Below are positions 14,872 to 32,201 of a stretch of DNA of 64,000 bases, piece by piece (within the stretch, counting starts at the first letter, position 1; each line of letters opens with the position of its first letter). The notes beneath the pieces were generated by a model that saw nothing but the letters and a program-made list of their open reading frames with translations, was not told the DNA's origin and did no database searches. The stretch lies in NCBI RefSeq assembly GCF_009914755.1, contig NC_060943.1. One strand, 5' to 3'. This DNA is from the human T2T-CHM13v2.0 reference genome, Homo sapiens. A program made the position numbers and the translations under genes.

Positions 14872-16781
14872 GTAAGGTGCCGGCCCTCCTTGCTGCTCGG
14901 GGCGGGCCACACTTCTGAGTAAGGAGTCGGGCGTGGTCTGTGATGAGGACAGCAGTCGCGCTAGGTCAGCTATGCAAAGCCGCAGCCCCAGAGGCAATGC
15001 ACAGTAGTCAGCCCATGCCAGCCTTGGCAGTGACGCGCTGTTTATCTGGATAAGGGACAGCTATGGGGCCAGGGGCTTCCTGAGCTGACCCAAGGGCAGA
15101 CGTGAGGGAGAGGTGCGACGCGTCCGGGGACACCACTTTCATGCCTGAGTGGGAACTTTTGCGGCACCCACCCCCAAGGCTGGATTGGCTCAAGTGTCAG
15201 CTGACAACTCAGAGCCATCCTGGGTTCAGGGCTCCCATGGGGAGTGGTGGAGCTGGGCCATCTCCCAGGTGCTCTTTGGACAGAGGAGGACTCTTGGTCC
15301 TGCTGGGCCGGAGAGGGTGAAGCAGCACCCCAGGCTCCTGGCCTTAGACGGGGGCCCCGCCAGGCCCTGGAAGAAGGCTGGTGCCACATCCTCACGGAGC
15401 GCCCCAGCCCAGGGCTGGACCATTGTGTCCCCACCTCAGCCTCAACCTCCTCACAGGAAATGGAGGCTGTGGACACCTTTTTCCTGGTGGTGCCAGGAAG
15501 GGCCCTGAGGAGAGGTGTCAGGGAGCAGAGGCTGCTCTGTCTGCCACTCGGGCAAGGTCACCAGGGAGTCCTGTGTGCGCCCTGACTGTTGGACAGGGTT
15601 CCCATTCCACGGCACCCCGCAGGCCTGTGGGTGCTGCCACCCCCGCCACTGGCCTCAGAGATGCACAGGAGCCCTGACATGCAGACAGCATGCTTGGGAG
15701 GGAAGGGCTGACTCAGCACCCACTCCTCCGCCTCCTCACCTCGCTCCCAGGACCCTGGCTCACTCTGACTGCAGCAGGGCCAGGACCCTCCTCGTGGCCC
15801 TGCCATCCTGCCATCTCCGTCTCCGTCTCACTCCCCACAAGTGGTTGCTATTGCTGGTTTGGTTCCGCGTCAAAGTTCCCAAGGCCATGTACCCTAAGGA
15901 GTCCTCACCCCGAGGCCAAAAGAGAGCCTCTTTTTCATGGCCCACCCAGGAGTGATGGAGCCAGGATGCAACCCCAACACCCCTAACCCCAAACACACAC
16001 GCCTCCTGTGGCCCTGAAACAAACATCTCCCACCTTGCTACGTCTCAGAGCATCTGTGCTTGATTCGGAAGATCCTCTGGGCCTCCTGGGTGTGTGCCAG
16101 GAGGGGATCTGTGCAGGTGGGGTCTGTGCTTCCTGGGCTCACTCCACCTCTTGCCCAGCCCCACTGGGAACCAGGGTCTGAGCAGGGCTTGAGCTACATA
16201 GATTGGACCCTCTCTTGACGAACGATCTCATTTGCCAAGAAGAGCCAGGGACCATGGCCCATCCACCACCTGTCATCAGCAGCATTTCTGGTCTCTGACA
16301 CAGCATCACCTACCTGGAGCGGGGCCTGTGCTGGCCCCCTGTGGGACAACAGCTCCCCTCTTCCCCACTTCCCCCTATGAAGAGTGACCCCCGCCTAGGA
16401 CCAGCATATGCCTTGATGGCAGTGGACACCTGGGTCCCACAGGTTGCTGGCTGTGGCCTGGAGGAAGGGTCCACCAGGTCTCAGTCCTGAGAGACAGTGG
16501 AAAATGGACCAAAACCCGACATGTTCTGAGGGTAGGATTGGGGTGGCTGGTTTTCCTCTTCTGTGTTCTCTAACTGCCCCGTAACGCAGATGATGGTTTT
16601 CTAATGAGAAGAAGTAATAGCTGTGTTATCCTTGAGCTTAGGAGGCAAAACAAGTGTGTTTGAAATGAAAAGAACAAGTCTTTTCCAAAGTAGTCTCCGT
16701 GGAGATTGTGGGTGCTCTGACACTGCCACATGGGTCACAGCACCCGACCCAGCCCCCTAATGTCCCCGCCTCCCATTCCAG

Positions 16782-16868
16782 CTCACCAACCACCAGGAGC
16801 TGTGGGCCTTCATCGTCACCAACCTGGCGAGTGTGTATATACGGGAAGGAAATAGACACCAAGAGGTA
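16782..16868 (+). CDS. MAU2: MAU2 exon 13 (LTNHQE...NRHQE[V]); alternative 3' end at 16865
   Basis: ttccag|CTC...GAG GTA|gtaggt. Ending at 16868 gives 613 aa with a recalled 92-codon exon 1; the tandem donor at 16866 is also in frame. Confidence 0.88.
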
Positions 16869-17367
16869 GTAGGTGACATGCTTCATGTTCGGTATCCTTT
16901 CTCTCTGTTCTCTTCTTTTTGGGGAACCAGGGGGTTGTCCTGGGCACCAGCACATCTCAGCAGACCCCAGGGTGTTCACCTTTTGAGGGATGGGCGGCAC
17001 CCGACACAGACACACAAGGCGACCCAGAGGTGAATCGGGCTATGGCCGGGGGAGGCCAGGTCTGGGACAAAAACATTCCCATAGCCACAGAACACTTCTC
17101 TTTATCACAAACAAACCAAGCTGTATGAATCACACAGACAAGGTCTTATAGCCCAAGCTGTCTGCTCTAGGATGTCGGCCAGGCATTGAGGCTCAGTCCT
17201 AAGGGGCAGCAGCCAGAGCACCTTGTCCCCAGGTTGTGCTGATGCCCCTGCAGGATCAGGGGCACTCACTGGCTGCAGTGTTGGGTGGGGATGCCCAGGG
17301 TTGCCCTCACGTGGCGCTTCTGAACCAATGCTTGCATAAGAGTTAGGTTCCCTCTTCTGTCCCTTTT

Positions 17368-17552
17368 AGCCCTGGGATCCCCACTCAGCCCTGGGATCCC
17401 CCTCAGCCCCGGGATCCCCTCCTCAGCCCCGGGATCCCCTCCTCAGCCCTGGGATCCCCCTCAGCTCTGGGATTCCCTCCTCAGCCCTGGGATGCCCACT
17501 CAGCCCTGGGATCCCCCTCAGCCCTAGGATGTCCCTCAGTTCTAGTATCTCC
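17368..17552. repeat. Minisatellite, ~10 copies of 18-20 bp AGCCCTGGGATCCCC(T)CTC, MAU2 intron 13
   Basis: Tandem units read directly; degenerate at the 3' end. Confidence 0.92.
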
Positions 17553-17586
17553 TTCACCTCTGGGGGTCTACCTCCAAAGTGTATCA

Positions 17587-17880
17587 GGCCAGGTGCTTGG
17601 CTCACACCTGTAATCCCAGCACTTTGGGAAGCAAGGCAGGAGGATCACTTGAGGTCAGGAGTTCAAGACCAGCCTGGGCAACATAGGGAGACCCCCATTT
17701 CTACAAAAAAATTTTTTAAAAACTTGGTGGGGTGCAGGCCTGTGGTCCCAACTACTCGGGAGACTGAGGCAGGAGGATTGCTTGAGCTAGGGAGATTGAG
17801 GGCTGCAGTGAGCCATGATCCAGCCACTGCACTCCAGCCTGGGCGACAGAGCAAGAACCTGTCTCAAAGGAAAAAGAAAG
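17587..17880 (+). mobile_element. Alu (AluJ-like), MAU2 intron 13
   Basis: Full dimer. Confidence 0.93.
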
Positions 17881-18390
17881 CCCAGCCCCGGCTTAGTCAT
17901 CCGATGCCATACGTGGGCTCGCAGTGTTGAGGAGGAGTTTGGCTCCCCTGTGCCTCTGCAGCTAGAGGGCAGCTAAATTATCAGTCAGATCACGCCCCCA
18001 TCAGAGCCTCCCGGGGTCCCTGCACCTCCAGAGAAATCCCACCCACTCACCCCCACAGCCCACAGGGCTCACGGGCCCCAGCCTGCCAACCTACCCACTG
18101 CCAGGCCAGCCCCTCAGCACCACTCTGACCATACAAAGGCCTTCTGGACGCCCAGGCCCCTGTCACCTACTGCAGGACAGGGTGGCACAGGCAGGGCTGG
18201 CTGAGGGTGTGGAAATCTTGCCCCCGGCCCTTCTCACCAGAGGCTGCTCTTGCTGGTCAGTCACCAGGCTCAGCCTGGAGGCCACAGTCCCGACGGGGGT
18301 GTAGAGAAATTCCCATGCACTGCAGTGTGTCTTGGGGACCTTTCTCCTGTGAAGATGCAGAATGGTGCTGACTGGCTCTTTCCCCCGCAG

Positions 18391-18440
18391 CTCTACAGTC
18401 TGCTGGAGAGGATCAACCCGGACCACAGCTTCCCTGTCAG
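18391..18440 (+). CDS. MAU2: MAU2 exon 14 (LYSLLERINPDHSFPVS)
   Basis: ccgcag|CTC...GTC AG|gtgagc; 50 nt. Confidence 0.95.
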
Positions 18441-18656
18441 GTGAGCCGCTCCAGGCACCACTCCACGCACGGCCTAGGCTCCCCGTGCTCTTTGGTTGGG
18501 GCCCCTGACTGCCCCTTGCACCCTGACACCCCATACCCCTCCTCACAGACAGTCTGCAGTGGGGGCTCTCAGAAATAGCCCCCAGCTGCCCACTGCCGTT
18601 TTGTAAACCTGCTTCTCAAAATCACCACCCCATGTGATACTGCACTCTCCCTGCAG

Positions 18657-18734
18657 CTCGCACTGCCTCCGAGCAGCCGCCTTCTATGTGCGTGGGCTCT
18701 TCTCCTTCTTCCAGGGACGCTACAACGAGGCCAA
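18657..18734 (+). CDS. MAU2: MAU2 exon 15 (SHCLRA...YNEAK)
   Basis: ctgcag|C TCG...GCC AA|gtaagt; 78 nt. Confidence 0.95.
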
Positions 18735-18826
18735 GTAAGTGTGGGGCAGAGGGTGGCGTGAGGGCCATGCTCAGGGTAGCCCAGGCCCCGTCCTGCAGTT
18801 ATCAGCGTCCATGTTCTCCTTGTCAG

Positions 18827-18938
18827 GCGATTTCTGCGGGAAACTCTGAAGATGTCCAATGCTGAGGACCTGAACCGGCTCACAGCCTGCTCCCTCGTGC
18901 TTCTGGGCCACATCTTCTATGTGCTGGGAAACCACAGG
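18827..18938 (+). CDS. MAU2: MAU2 exon 16 (RFLRET...LGNHR)
   Basis: tgtcag|G CGA...AGG|gtgagt; 112 nt. Confidence 0.95.
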
Positions 18939-19516
18939 GTGAGTGCCCTGGCCTGGGCCCCTCGCTTGGGTGCCTGTGGGGCTTGGCTGAGGGACAGGAG
19001 CCGGCCAGCACCCTAAGGGTGGCATGGCACTGTTCATCCTATGCCCCTCGAAGAGCACGTCTAGGTGGATGCCCTGACTCCCACAGCCTGGGCAGGCAGG
19101 GCCAGAGGAGCTGGGCACCCACAGAGGGTGTGGGGGGAAGGCAGGAGGCCTGATGGGTGTGGCCTCAGACATTGGGCAGGCAGAGCCCCAGGGCTCAGGG
19201 GAGCTGAAGCCAGAACCAAAGGAGCTGCCCTGAGCTACTGGGGATGACGCAGCCACCCCATGCTATGTGTTGACACCTGAGGGGCAGAGAGGTGTCTCCT
19301 CTCAGCCGGACTTCCAAACATATCATCCTTGGCCAACACAGTGTCCTCTCAGGGTACAAGTGGCCCCTGGGATTGGTCCCCACCCAAGGTCAGCTGGTCT
19401 CTGGTGGGACTGGCCGCCTCAGTCCTTCCTGTCAATTCCTCGCCTACTCTCACCCACTGATCTCACGAGGTCTTGAATTTTTTTTTTTTTTTTTTTTTTT
19501 TTAAGAAGATATTTTG

Positions 19517-21701
<2,185 letters not shown>

Positions 21702-23858
21702 TAATGGCAATGAGTGTTTTGAAGCCGCATCTACTCTGTAGTTTAACCATTCTCACTGTAGCCATTTCCACAGGACAGATAAAGCAAGATGTGTGTCTTG
21801 GCCTGTAAAGTTTCACGTGATCTGAGGGCTCCCTCAGCATGGATGCTGTTAACAAACGTGGTGCCCGCCCACCGCAACACACAGACACATAACTGTGTGG
21901 TAAGCCTTTGCAGAGGCCAGCGAATGGGCCCTGCAGCTCAGGCCCTGGTGGGCCTTGGCCTCAGCACTGGGGATGCCACTACCCCGTCAAAACCTGTAGC
22001 TGGCTCCTTCTAGAATGTGCTATCACCCTGCCCTCAGCCTCTGAGCACAGTGAGGGCTGTATGTCCCCACTGGACAGTGCAAGTGGCCTGGGGGTGTGTC
22101 AGATGGGGAGGTTAAAGTCACACAGCCCCAGACCGCAGAATCAGGACTGGAACCCAGACCTCACTGGCTCTGATTTGTGTAGAAACCCCTGGAAGCTGCC
22201 TGGAGCAGGGCAAGGAGGGTTGAGCAGCTGGTTCACTGCTGCTCCTGGCCCATGTTTTAGGTGTTGTGGGGGCATCTTACAGAGCTCTTTTGGGAATCCC
22301 CCTCTGCTCCCTGTGTCCCTGGGCCCTTGTCGGGTGACAAGCGGCGCCCAAGAACTCTCAGACCAAGGTCCTGGCCTTAAGTGACTCCAGATCTCGGGGA
22401 GACACAGCCAGACACAGCCAAGCCAGTCCTGTGAGGTCAGGCTGGGGACATCCAGAAAGGTGGCAGCCTTGGGGGCCGGGATAGTGTTGGTGCAGGCAGG
22501 GCAAGGTTGGCTAGGCAGGGGCTGCCACAGAGATGGGCACCACAGCAGTCAGAGCACAAGTGCCGGAGCAGACGGCTGAATGGCCACAATGGGCTCAGGT
22601 GAGGGTCCAGGGGCCCAGAAGAGCTTGGGATGCCCTGTCCTGAGCCTGTTAGGCTAGAGTGTCCACAAGAGCGGGACACCCCCCAGGATCACTCAAGTCT
22701 TCAAAACCAGATTCTGTGGGGTACCCCAAGCTGGCATTGGGGGAACCTACCCAGGAGCGCTGAAGGAGGACTCTCCTTCCCCAGGCTGCTTTCAGACAGA
22801 GGTCCTTGGCTTTCTACAGGGAGCCCAGCCAGGCTCACAATAAGCCAGGCCTAGCGGAAGAGAGCAGTTTTTCTTGCTCTGAGGTTTCAAAAGGGCTTGG
22901 TGAATTTTAAAAAGCTCCAAGACCCACCTGGAGCTCACTTTCAAGGTGCAGCTACAGGGCAGTGTAGAGTTGTTGGGCTTTGTGTCTCAGGAGGAGCATC
23001 TCTGCACTCTGGAGAAGTATCTGGTGGCGTCAAAGCCAGGTCTCAGGAGTTGGTTTTGGGGATGTGTCCATCTTGGCTTCCCAAGTGCTCCCTGGGCTGC
23101 CAGGAGCCATCATCTAGGGAATTTTCCAGGTCTTACCTGAACCCCACATCCAGGCTTACAGGGCTTTGAGTCCTCGGTCCAGACAGGGTCAGTCCAGCAC
23201 TGCTGGTCGCCTGTGTAGCACAGGCTCCTGTCTGCCGTCTCCAGGCCCTTGCCATAGCAACAGGGATGGGCATTTATGGGCCCTGATGGCTCTTACTGAG
23301 CTCTTCCTGCCACATCCTGAGGATGCTAGGGCTGCAACTGGGGTGGCCCTGTGCAGTCACAAAGCAGGGAGTCCGGATTGGAGGATTCTTACATGCTGGT
23401 GCCCCCAGAGCCCCTGCGTGTCTGCGGGGGCCTCCCATGAGAGCCAACTCAATTGTGGAAGACAAACCGGAGGGGCTGCTGCCCTTCTCAGAACCTGAAA
23501 CCTGGAACCCTATATGAATCTGCATTTCTGATCAGCCCCCATTGTGGGTCTAGGGCTAACGGCCATCAGTGCTTTTTCTCTGCTTGAACAGGTAGAAGCC
23601 CCCAAAGTTGTCCATTGGCCATGCCCCTGTGAGGGCATGAGCCAGAAGTGAGGGCAGTTTGTTTTTCAGTGATACTTCAGAGAGGGCCATTTGAGATGGG
23701 CTCTGAGGTAAGCATAGGAGTTCACCAGACGCAGAAGGAGGTCACAACCTGGGCTGGGTTCAGTAGGTGGGTTCCAGATTATCCCCACCCCAACCTGGGC
23801 TGGGTTCGGCAAGTGGGGTCCAGGCTCCTCACTCCCCCTTGCTGCTCTTGGTTGACAG

Positions 23859-23949
23859 GAGAGTAACAACATGGTGGTGCCTGCCATGCAGCTCGCCAGC
23901 AAGATCCCGGACATGTCGGTACAGCTGTGGTCGTCAGCACTGCTGAGAG
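23859..23949 (+). CDS. MAU2: MAU2 exon 17 (ESNNMV...SALLR)
   Basis: tgacag|GAG AGT...AGA G|gtgagt; 91 nt. Confidence 0.95.
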
Positions 23950-24767
23950 GTGAGTGCAATGGCCACCCCTCTTCCCCAGCCCCAGCCTGGCCCTCCCCAG
24001 AGATCAAGGCTGCTGGGCATGTCCTGCTCAGCCTTAGCTCGGACTAGGCCTCCGTGGGCCGCAGCCCCAGTTCTAGCATGGGTAGGGGGTGCTCCTCAGG
24101 AGACCCTGGTTGAGGGCAGTGGGTGCATTTGTGGCATCCGCTTGACTCGGGGTCTGGTTCAGTCTCTATAGGACACAGAGGCTGCGACTTGGTATCTGGT
24201 AGACTTGGGCTGTTAGCCGTGGCGCTCTCAGCCTTGCTTCTTCCCGGAAAGGCAGACAGCAGCCATACCTATTGGGTAGGGCTGGCCAGCTAGCTCTGGG
24301 AGCAGGGCGGGCACTCAGCGGGTATCATTGCTGTTACCGCAGCTCCCCCATTTCCAGATTACGAAACTAAGGTCCGGAGACTCGCCTGGGGCCCTGGGGA
24401 GGTGACAGGAGACGGGGTGCTCCATGTGCAGTGGGCTGCCTGGGGCTGCTGCCTCAGGATGGGCATTGGGCGTCCTGCCCCAATGAGCGCCTGTTTGCCT
24501 GAGGGCTGGCCATGGGCTCCCTGGAGGGCTGGCGAGAAGCCTGGCATTGGGCTTTCACTGCCCAGCCAGCCCTGTTCTGCCCTATGAGGGCGGCTGGCGC
24601 ATGGGCTTTGTGATCCCAAGACAGGGCTCAGGTCCAGTGACGTGCCAGGCACCCAGAGATCCACCAGTGCAGCTGGGACTTGACCTTAGGGCTCCATCTG
24701 CACCGAGTGGGAGGGCCTGGGCAGTGACAGGGCAAGGCGGGCCCCCATGCTCATGTCCCACTCTCAG

Positions 24768-24895
24768 ACCTGAATAAAGCCTGTGGGAACGCCATGGATG
24801 CCCATGAAGCCGCCCAGATGCACCAGAACTTCTCGCAGCAGCTGCTCCAGGACCACATTGAGGCCTGCAGCCTCCCCGAACACAACCTCATCACG
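24768..24895 (+). CDS. MAU2: MAU2 exon 18 (DLNKAC...HNLIT)
   Basis: tctcag|AC CTG...ACG|gtacgg; 128 nt; overlaps ORF 24794..25000. Confidence 0.95.
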
Positions 24896-25211
24896 GTACG
24901 GGTGTGGGTGTTAGGGGACGGGATCAGGACTAGCGGGCTCCCCACCTGCAAGAGGAAGGGGCACCTTGGCTGTATTTCTCTTTTGTCCAACAAACCCTAA
25001 CTCAGCCTCAGGTGATCCCTTGATGGGGGAGATGGCCATGGGCACCCCCACCCAAGCAAGGGACCCAGGTGTCTCCTCGGGGCCCATTGGACTGGGGCAT
25101 GGAGAACAGAGTCCCGGCTGTGTGAGCAGCCCAAGGAAGGCAGCATTCCAACCTCTTCTTCCCTGGGAACGGTCCACAGTGCCTCACTCGCATGTCCTCT
25201 CCTCCCCACAG

Positions 25212-25286
25212 TGGACAGACGGTCCACCCCCCGTGCAGTTCCAAGCTCAGAATGGACCCAACACCAGCCTGGCCAGCCTCCTGTGA
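25212..25286 (+). CDS. MAU2: MAU2 exon 19 coding part (WTDGPPPVQFQAQNGPNTSLASLL*)
   Basis: ccacag|TGG...CTG TGA; the stop matches the end of ORF 24966..25286. Confidence 0.95.
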   Translation, partial: WTDGPPPVQFQAQNGPNTSLASLL

Positions 25287-27239
25287 GGCCTTGATGGGGC
25301 CATCCAGCTCCGCAGGGCCTGCGCGTCTCCGGCTTCCACCCAGACGGCACTCAAGCCTGCCCCCGAGGCGTGCTTCCTTCCTGATTGTCTCTAGAGCTTC
25401 CAAGTCCTGGGAATGTGCGGGGCCAGTCCCTGCCCTCCCAGGAGGGGTGGTAGCCGTTCCCACCTCGCAGCAGGACCCCCAGTGCAGAGGCTCACAGGTG
25501 GCACACAGGCGCTGTCTCTCCAGAGCCATCCTTCAGAGTGGACCTCAGTGCCAGTCCTGCCTCAGCATCTGGGTCACGTCGGCCAGGAGTAGGGTGCAGG
25601 CCTCCAGCAGGTCCTAATCCTGTGTGCCAGGGCAGGCAGTGCCCCAGGGGCACCACGCCTGACTCTCCATCACCCAGGCCTTGATGCCGAGCGGGAGTAG
25701 AGTGTTTCCTCTGCTCAAGGCAATTTCCAGAGCCCGGATGCCAGTTTCTGGCCTGAATTTGGAGGGAAGAAGTAATGGCCCTAGTGTGGGACGAAGCACA
25801 GATCCCAGCACTTTTCCCAGCTTTCTCTCCAGCATCAGTCCCTGCAGCAGCTGGGGCCTCTGGTCAGGAACCCTCAGGGACCCAGGAACTCAGCTTCCAA
25901 ACATCTGCACCTTGACCGGACTCGCCATCCCGCCGTGGGGGTGCAGGTGATTGTAAACACGGGTGTGCATGTGGATGCACACGGGTGTGCGGTGAAGATC
26001 TGTGGAGATGGAGCTGGGAGCTGAGGCTCCTGTTGCACCAGCCACCTTCCCCCATCTTGTGGCTGCTGAGGGGCAGGAAGCGGGGGAGTGGGCTCGTCTC
26101 CTAAATTTAAGATCACCTCCTCAGCTAGCTTAGAGTGCGTGGCACGGGCCCCCCGCCCCCGAGATCTGGAGCCCAGGGACTTTCTTCCTGGCAGATCTGT
26201 GGCCTTCCCTGCTCAGCCTCTTGGTCCCCCCACTCCCTCCACCGCCTCACCTTCCCTGCTGGGTCTCTGGGGCACAGTGTGAAACCCGCACCCTAGCCAG
26301 GCCCCAGGGAGCCTCCGCTGGGCCCAGACAGCAGCGTTTGGTTTTATCCACTTTTCTTGGATAATCAGGAGGTGCCCCAGTGGTCACAGTGTGGCATTCC
26401 GAGTTGGGGCGGGTGGTCGGGTCAAGATAGCAGCAGCAGGTGTCAGGGCTCAAGACACCACCCCCTCCAGCTTCTGGGGCCCAGGAGCCTCTCCCTGCTA
26501 CAGGGGGTGGGGGTCCTGCTCAGCAGGGTAGGTGGTGGTTTTAGGTCTTGTCACCCTCACTCAGTGGAACTGCCTCTGGGAGCTTTGGCGTCTGTGACTA
26601 AAGGGACGCTGGATTGCTCAGGTCAGCTGCTCGGGGCTCCCAGGCTGGGTGTGCCTTAGCCACAGGCAGGGCTGTCAATAACCCCCTTCCTCACTGGCCA
26701 CCACCTGACATCAGCACCAGTGACAGGCTGGTCAGAGGGCGGGGCTGGTGAGGGTTTGTCCTAAGAGGACCACCGCCATCTCTGGGTCTCCAGGGGGAGA
26801 GCCTGGCCCTGTCCTTTGCTACCCAGGGCTGCCCCCAGGCCCATGAAGCCAATAGGAGAGCGTGTGGCACTGGCCCACAAACTGTCCCTGTCCTGTCTTC
26901 CTCCCGAGCCATGGCCTCTGCTAGCTCCACCTTGAAGGAGCCCCCCACATCCTCCCCTACATCCCAGAGATGCCACCACTTGTGTCTCCACAATGTGCTC
27001 CTGCCCACCCGGGTTCCGCACTGTCCGACCCCTGCACACCACTCATGTCACCACGGCGTGCATCATGTTCATCCCCATCTATTTATTTAAGCCTTTCTTT
27101 GCTTGTAGGGCATTTTGTATGTAGAGCAGTTGAAAACAGAACCTCAGAACTTAACATCTGTCCTGATGTTAAAGTGCTTTTCATGACCACCCTGTTATCT
27201 ATGTATATGTAAAGTTAAGAATGAGATCTTAAGTTTACA

Positions 27240-27245
27240 ATTAAA
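27240..27245 (+). terminator. Candidate proximal poly(A) signal ATTAAA
   Basis: ATTAAA in an AU-rich block, with upstream TGTA motifs and a GT-rich tract at ~27300-27325. Confidence 0.6.
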
Positions 27246-27438
27246 AACTCAGTACTCAATATTTAATATTCTACTCGAGCTTTATGGAAGCCAAATCATG
27301 TGCATGTGTGTGTGTGCGTGTGTGCAAGCTTTGAACCTCCTTCCACAGCCGCATCTTCTCATGACACAAAGCTTTTGATAAGTACTTTCCTGTGGGTCGC
27401 TCAGGGCCTCATAGCATCTCATTCAATTACAAGAATAG

Positions 27439-27600
27439 AGGCCAGACACGGTGGCGCATGCCTGTAGTCCCAGCTAACTGGGAGGCTGAGGCAGGAGGAT
27501 CACTTGAGCCCAGGAGATTGAGGCTGCAGTGAGCATGATCGCGACACTGCACTCCAGCCTGGGTGACGGTGAGACTTTGTCTCAAAAAAAAAAAAAAAAA
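27439..27600 (+). mobile_element. Alu monomer (right-arm/FRAM-like) in the MAU2 3'UTR
   Basis: Single ~160-bp arm with an A-tail at 27584-27600. Confidence 0.88.
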
Positions 27601-28235
27601 CAATGGAAGGCAGACAGCAAGTCCCTGAGGACACATCACACAGTGTCCTGTAGCTAAGTGTCTAGGAAAAAACAAAAACTCCAAACCCTTCAGTGGATGA
27701 GGACAAGGTCGCAGAAAGGCATTCTGTTGACAGATGAACAGCCGAAAGCTGGCCAGACCCTCCTGTATGCCTCTGCCCTTGTCCTGTGGGTTGAGGGGGT
27801 CTGACCAGGAGGCCACCTACAGCAGGAAGTGAGGCTGCCATGTTTCCTTGAGACACAGCTGCCTCTCCCCAGCTCTGTCCCTGTAGTCACCTGCCGGTGG
27901 GCGAGGATCCTCTCCCTGGGATAAGCACTCCCAGCCCCGTTTATCAGAAACACAGGCAAGGAAATTGGAACTGCCACCCAGCCCAGCATGGTGGCTCAAT
28001 TGGTTGGTTGCGTTGTCAGTTGTCTCTTCGTTTTGTTAAGGTTTTTAATAAGTACGTTTGGCATAATGTCTTTTAATGGGTTTGTAATATTTGTAACGGT
28101 TTTAGCAGCCTATAACTTTTCAGCTGGTGCTTTTACTTAGGGAAAAAAACAATTTGTAAATACAGAACATTGTTTAAAAGACATAACCATAGAACATAGC
28201 TTCCTGTTTGTGGATTTTGTTTCCTATATATTCAA

Positions 28236-28241
28236 AGTAAA
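28236..28241 (+). terminator. Candidate distal poly(A) signal AGTAAA
   Basis: Variant hexamer; upstream TGTA (CFIm) motifs at ~28083, ~28092 and 28155; GU/U-rich downstream element at 28261-28280. Confidence 0.65.
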
Positions 28242-28420
28242 ATGACTTACAGGAGCCACGTGCTGTGTCTTTGTTGTTTCCTCTGTCCGCTTTGTGAGCC
28301 ATCCCAAAGACGGCTGCCACCCTCGCTGCCATGCCCACAGGGGCCCCCTCTGTGGCGGGGTCTTCAGCATGAGGATGCAGTCCCCAAATCCTGAGCCAGA
28401 TGACGTGAATGGAAGCCTGA

Positions 28421-28819
<399 letters not shown>

Positions 28820-28989
28820 TGAACTCCTGACCTCGTGATCCACCTGCCTTGGCATCCCAAAGTGCTGGGATTACAGGCCTGAGCCACCGCGCCCAGCCGG
28901 TCCCTGCATTCTTAGAGGGGACCAGCCTCCATACACCTGGGAGTGAGGGGAGTTATTTGCCCAGATTTTTTTGTTTGGAGGTGAAATTA

Positions 28990-29172
<183 letters not shown>

Positions 29173-29739
29173 TCAAGCCAGTAATCCCAGCACTTTGGGA
29201 AGCCGAGGTGGGCGGATCACTTAAGGCCAAGAGTTGAGACCAGCCTGGCCACCATAGTGAAACCCTGTCTCTACTAAAAATACAAAAATTAGCCGGGTGT
29301 GGTGGCGTGCACTTGTAGTCCCAGCTACTCAGGAGGCTGAGGCAGGAGATTCACTTGCACCAGGGAGTGGAGGGTTTCAGTGACCCAAGATCCTGATACT
29401 GTGCTCCAGCCTGGGTGACAGAGTAAGACTCTCTCTCTCAAAAAATAAATAAATACAAATACAAAATATAAAAATTAGCCGGTATGGTGGCGCACAACTG
29501 TAATCCCAGCTACTCGGGAGGCTGAAGCAGGAGAATCGCTTGAACCCGGAGGCAGAGTTTGCAATGAACCAAGATCACACCACTGCCTGGGCGAGAGAGG
29601 GAGATTCTACCTCGAAAAAAAAAAAATAGCCAGGCATGGTGGTGTGTTCCTGTAGTCCCAGTTACTTAGGAGGCTGAGGCGGGAGGATTACTTGAACCCA
29701 GGAGGATATTAGCAGAGACAGAGTCTTGCTCTATTTTAT

Positions 29740-30770
<1,031 letters not shown>

Positions 30771-30771
30771 A

Positions 30772-32201
<1,430 letters not shown>

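Larger units (their letters stand above)
25287..28258 (+). other. MAU2: MAU2 3'UTR (~3 kb, end approximate)
   Basis: Follows the stop; contains AU-rich blocks (27080-27300, 28030-28250) and two poly(A) signals. Confidence 0.8.

Noticed and set aside
17368-17552. CRISPR-like look of the palindromic repeats
   Set aside because: Units are contiguous with no unique spacers, there are no cas genes, and the context is a human intron
24773-24778. AATAAA in MAU2 exon 18
   Set aside because: Encodes Asn-Lys of the CDS and lacks a U/GU-rich downstream element at the right distance
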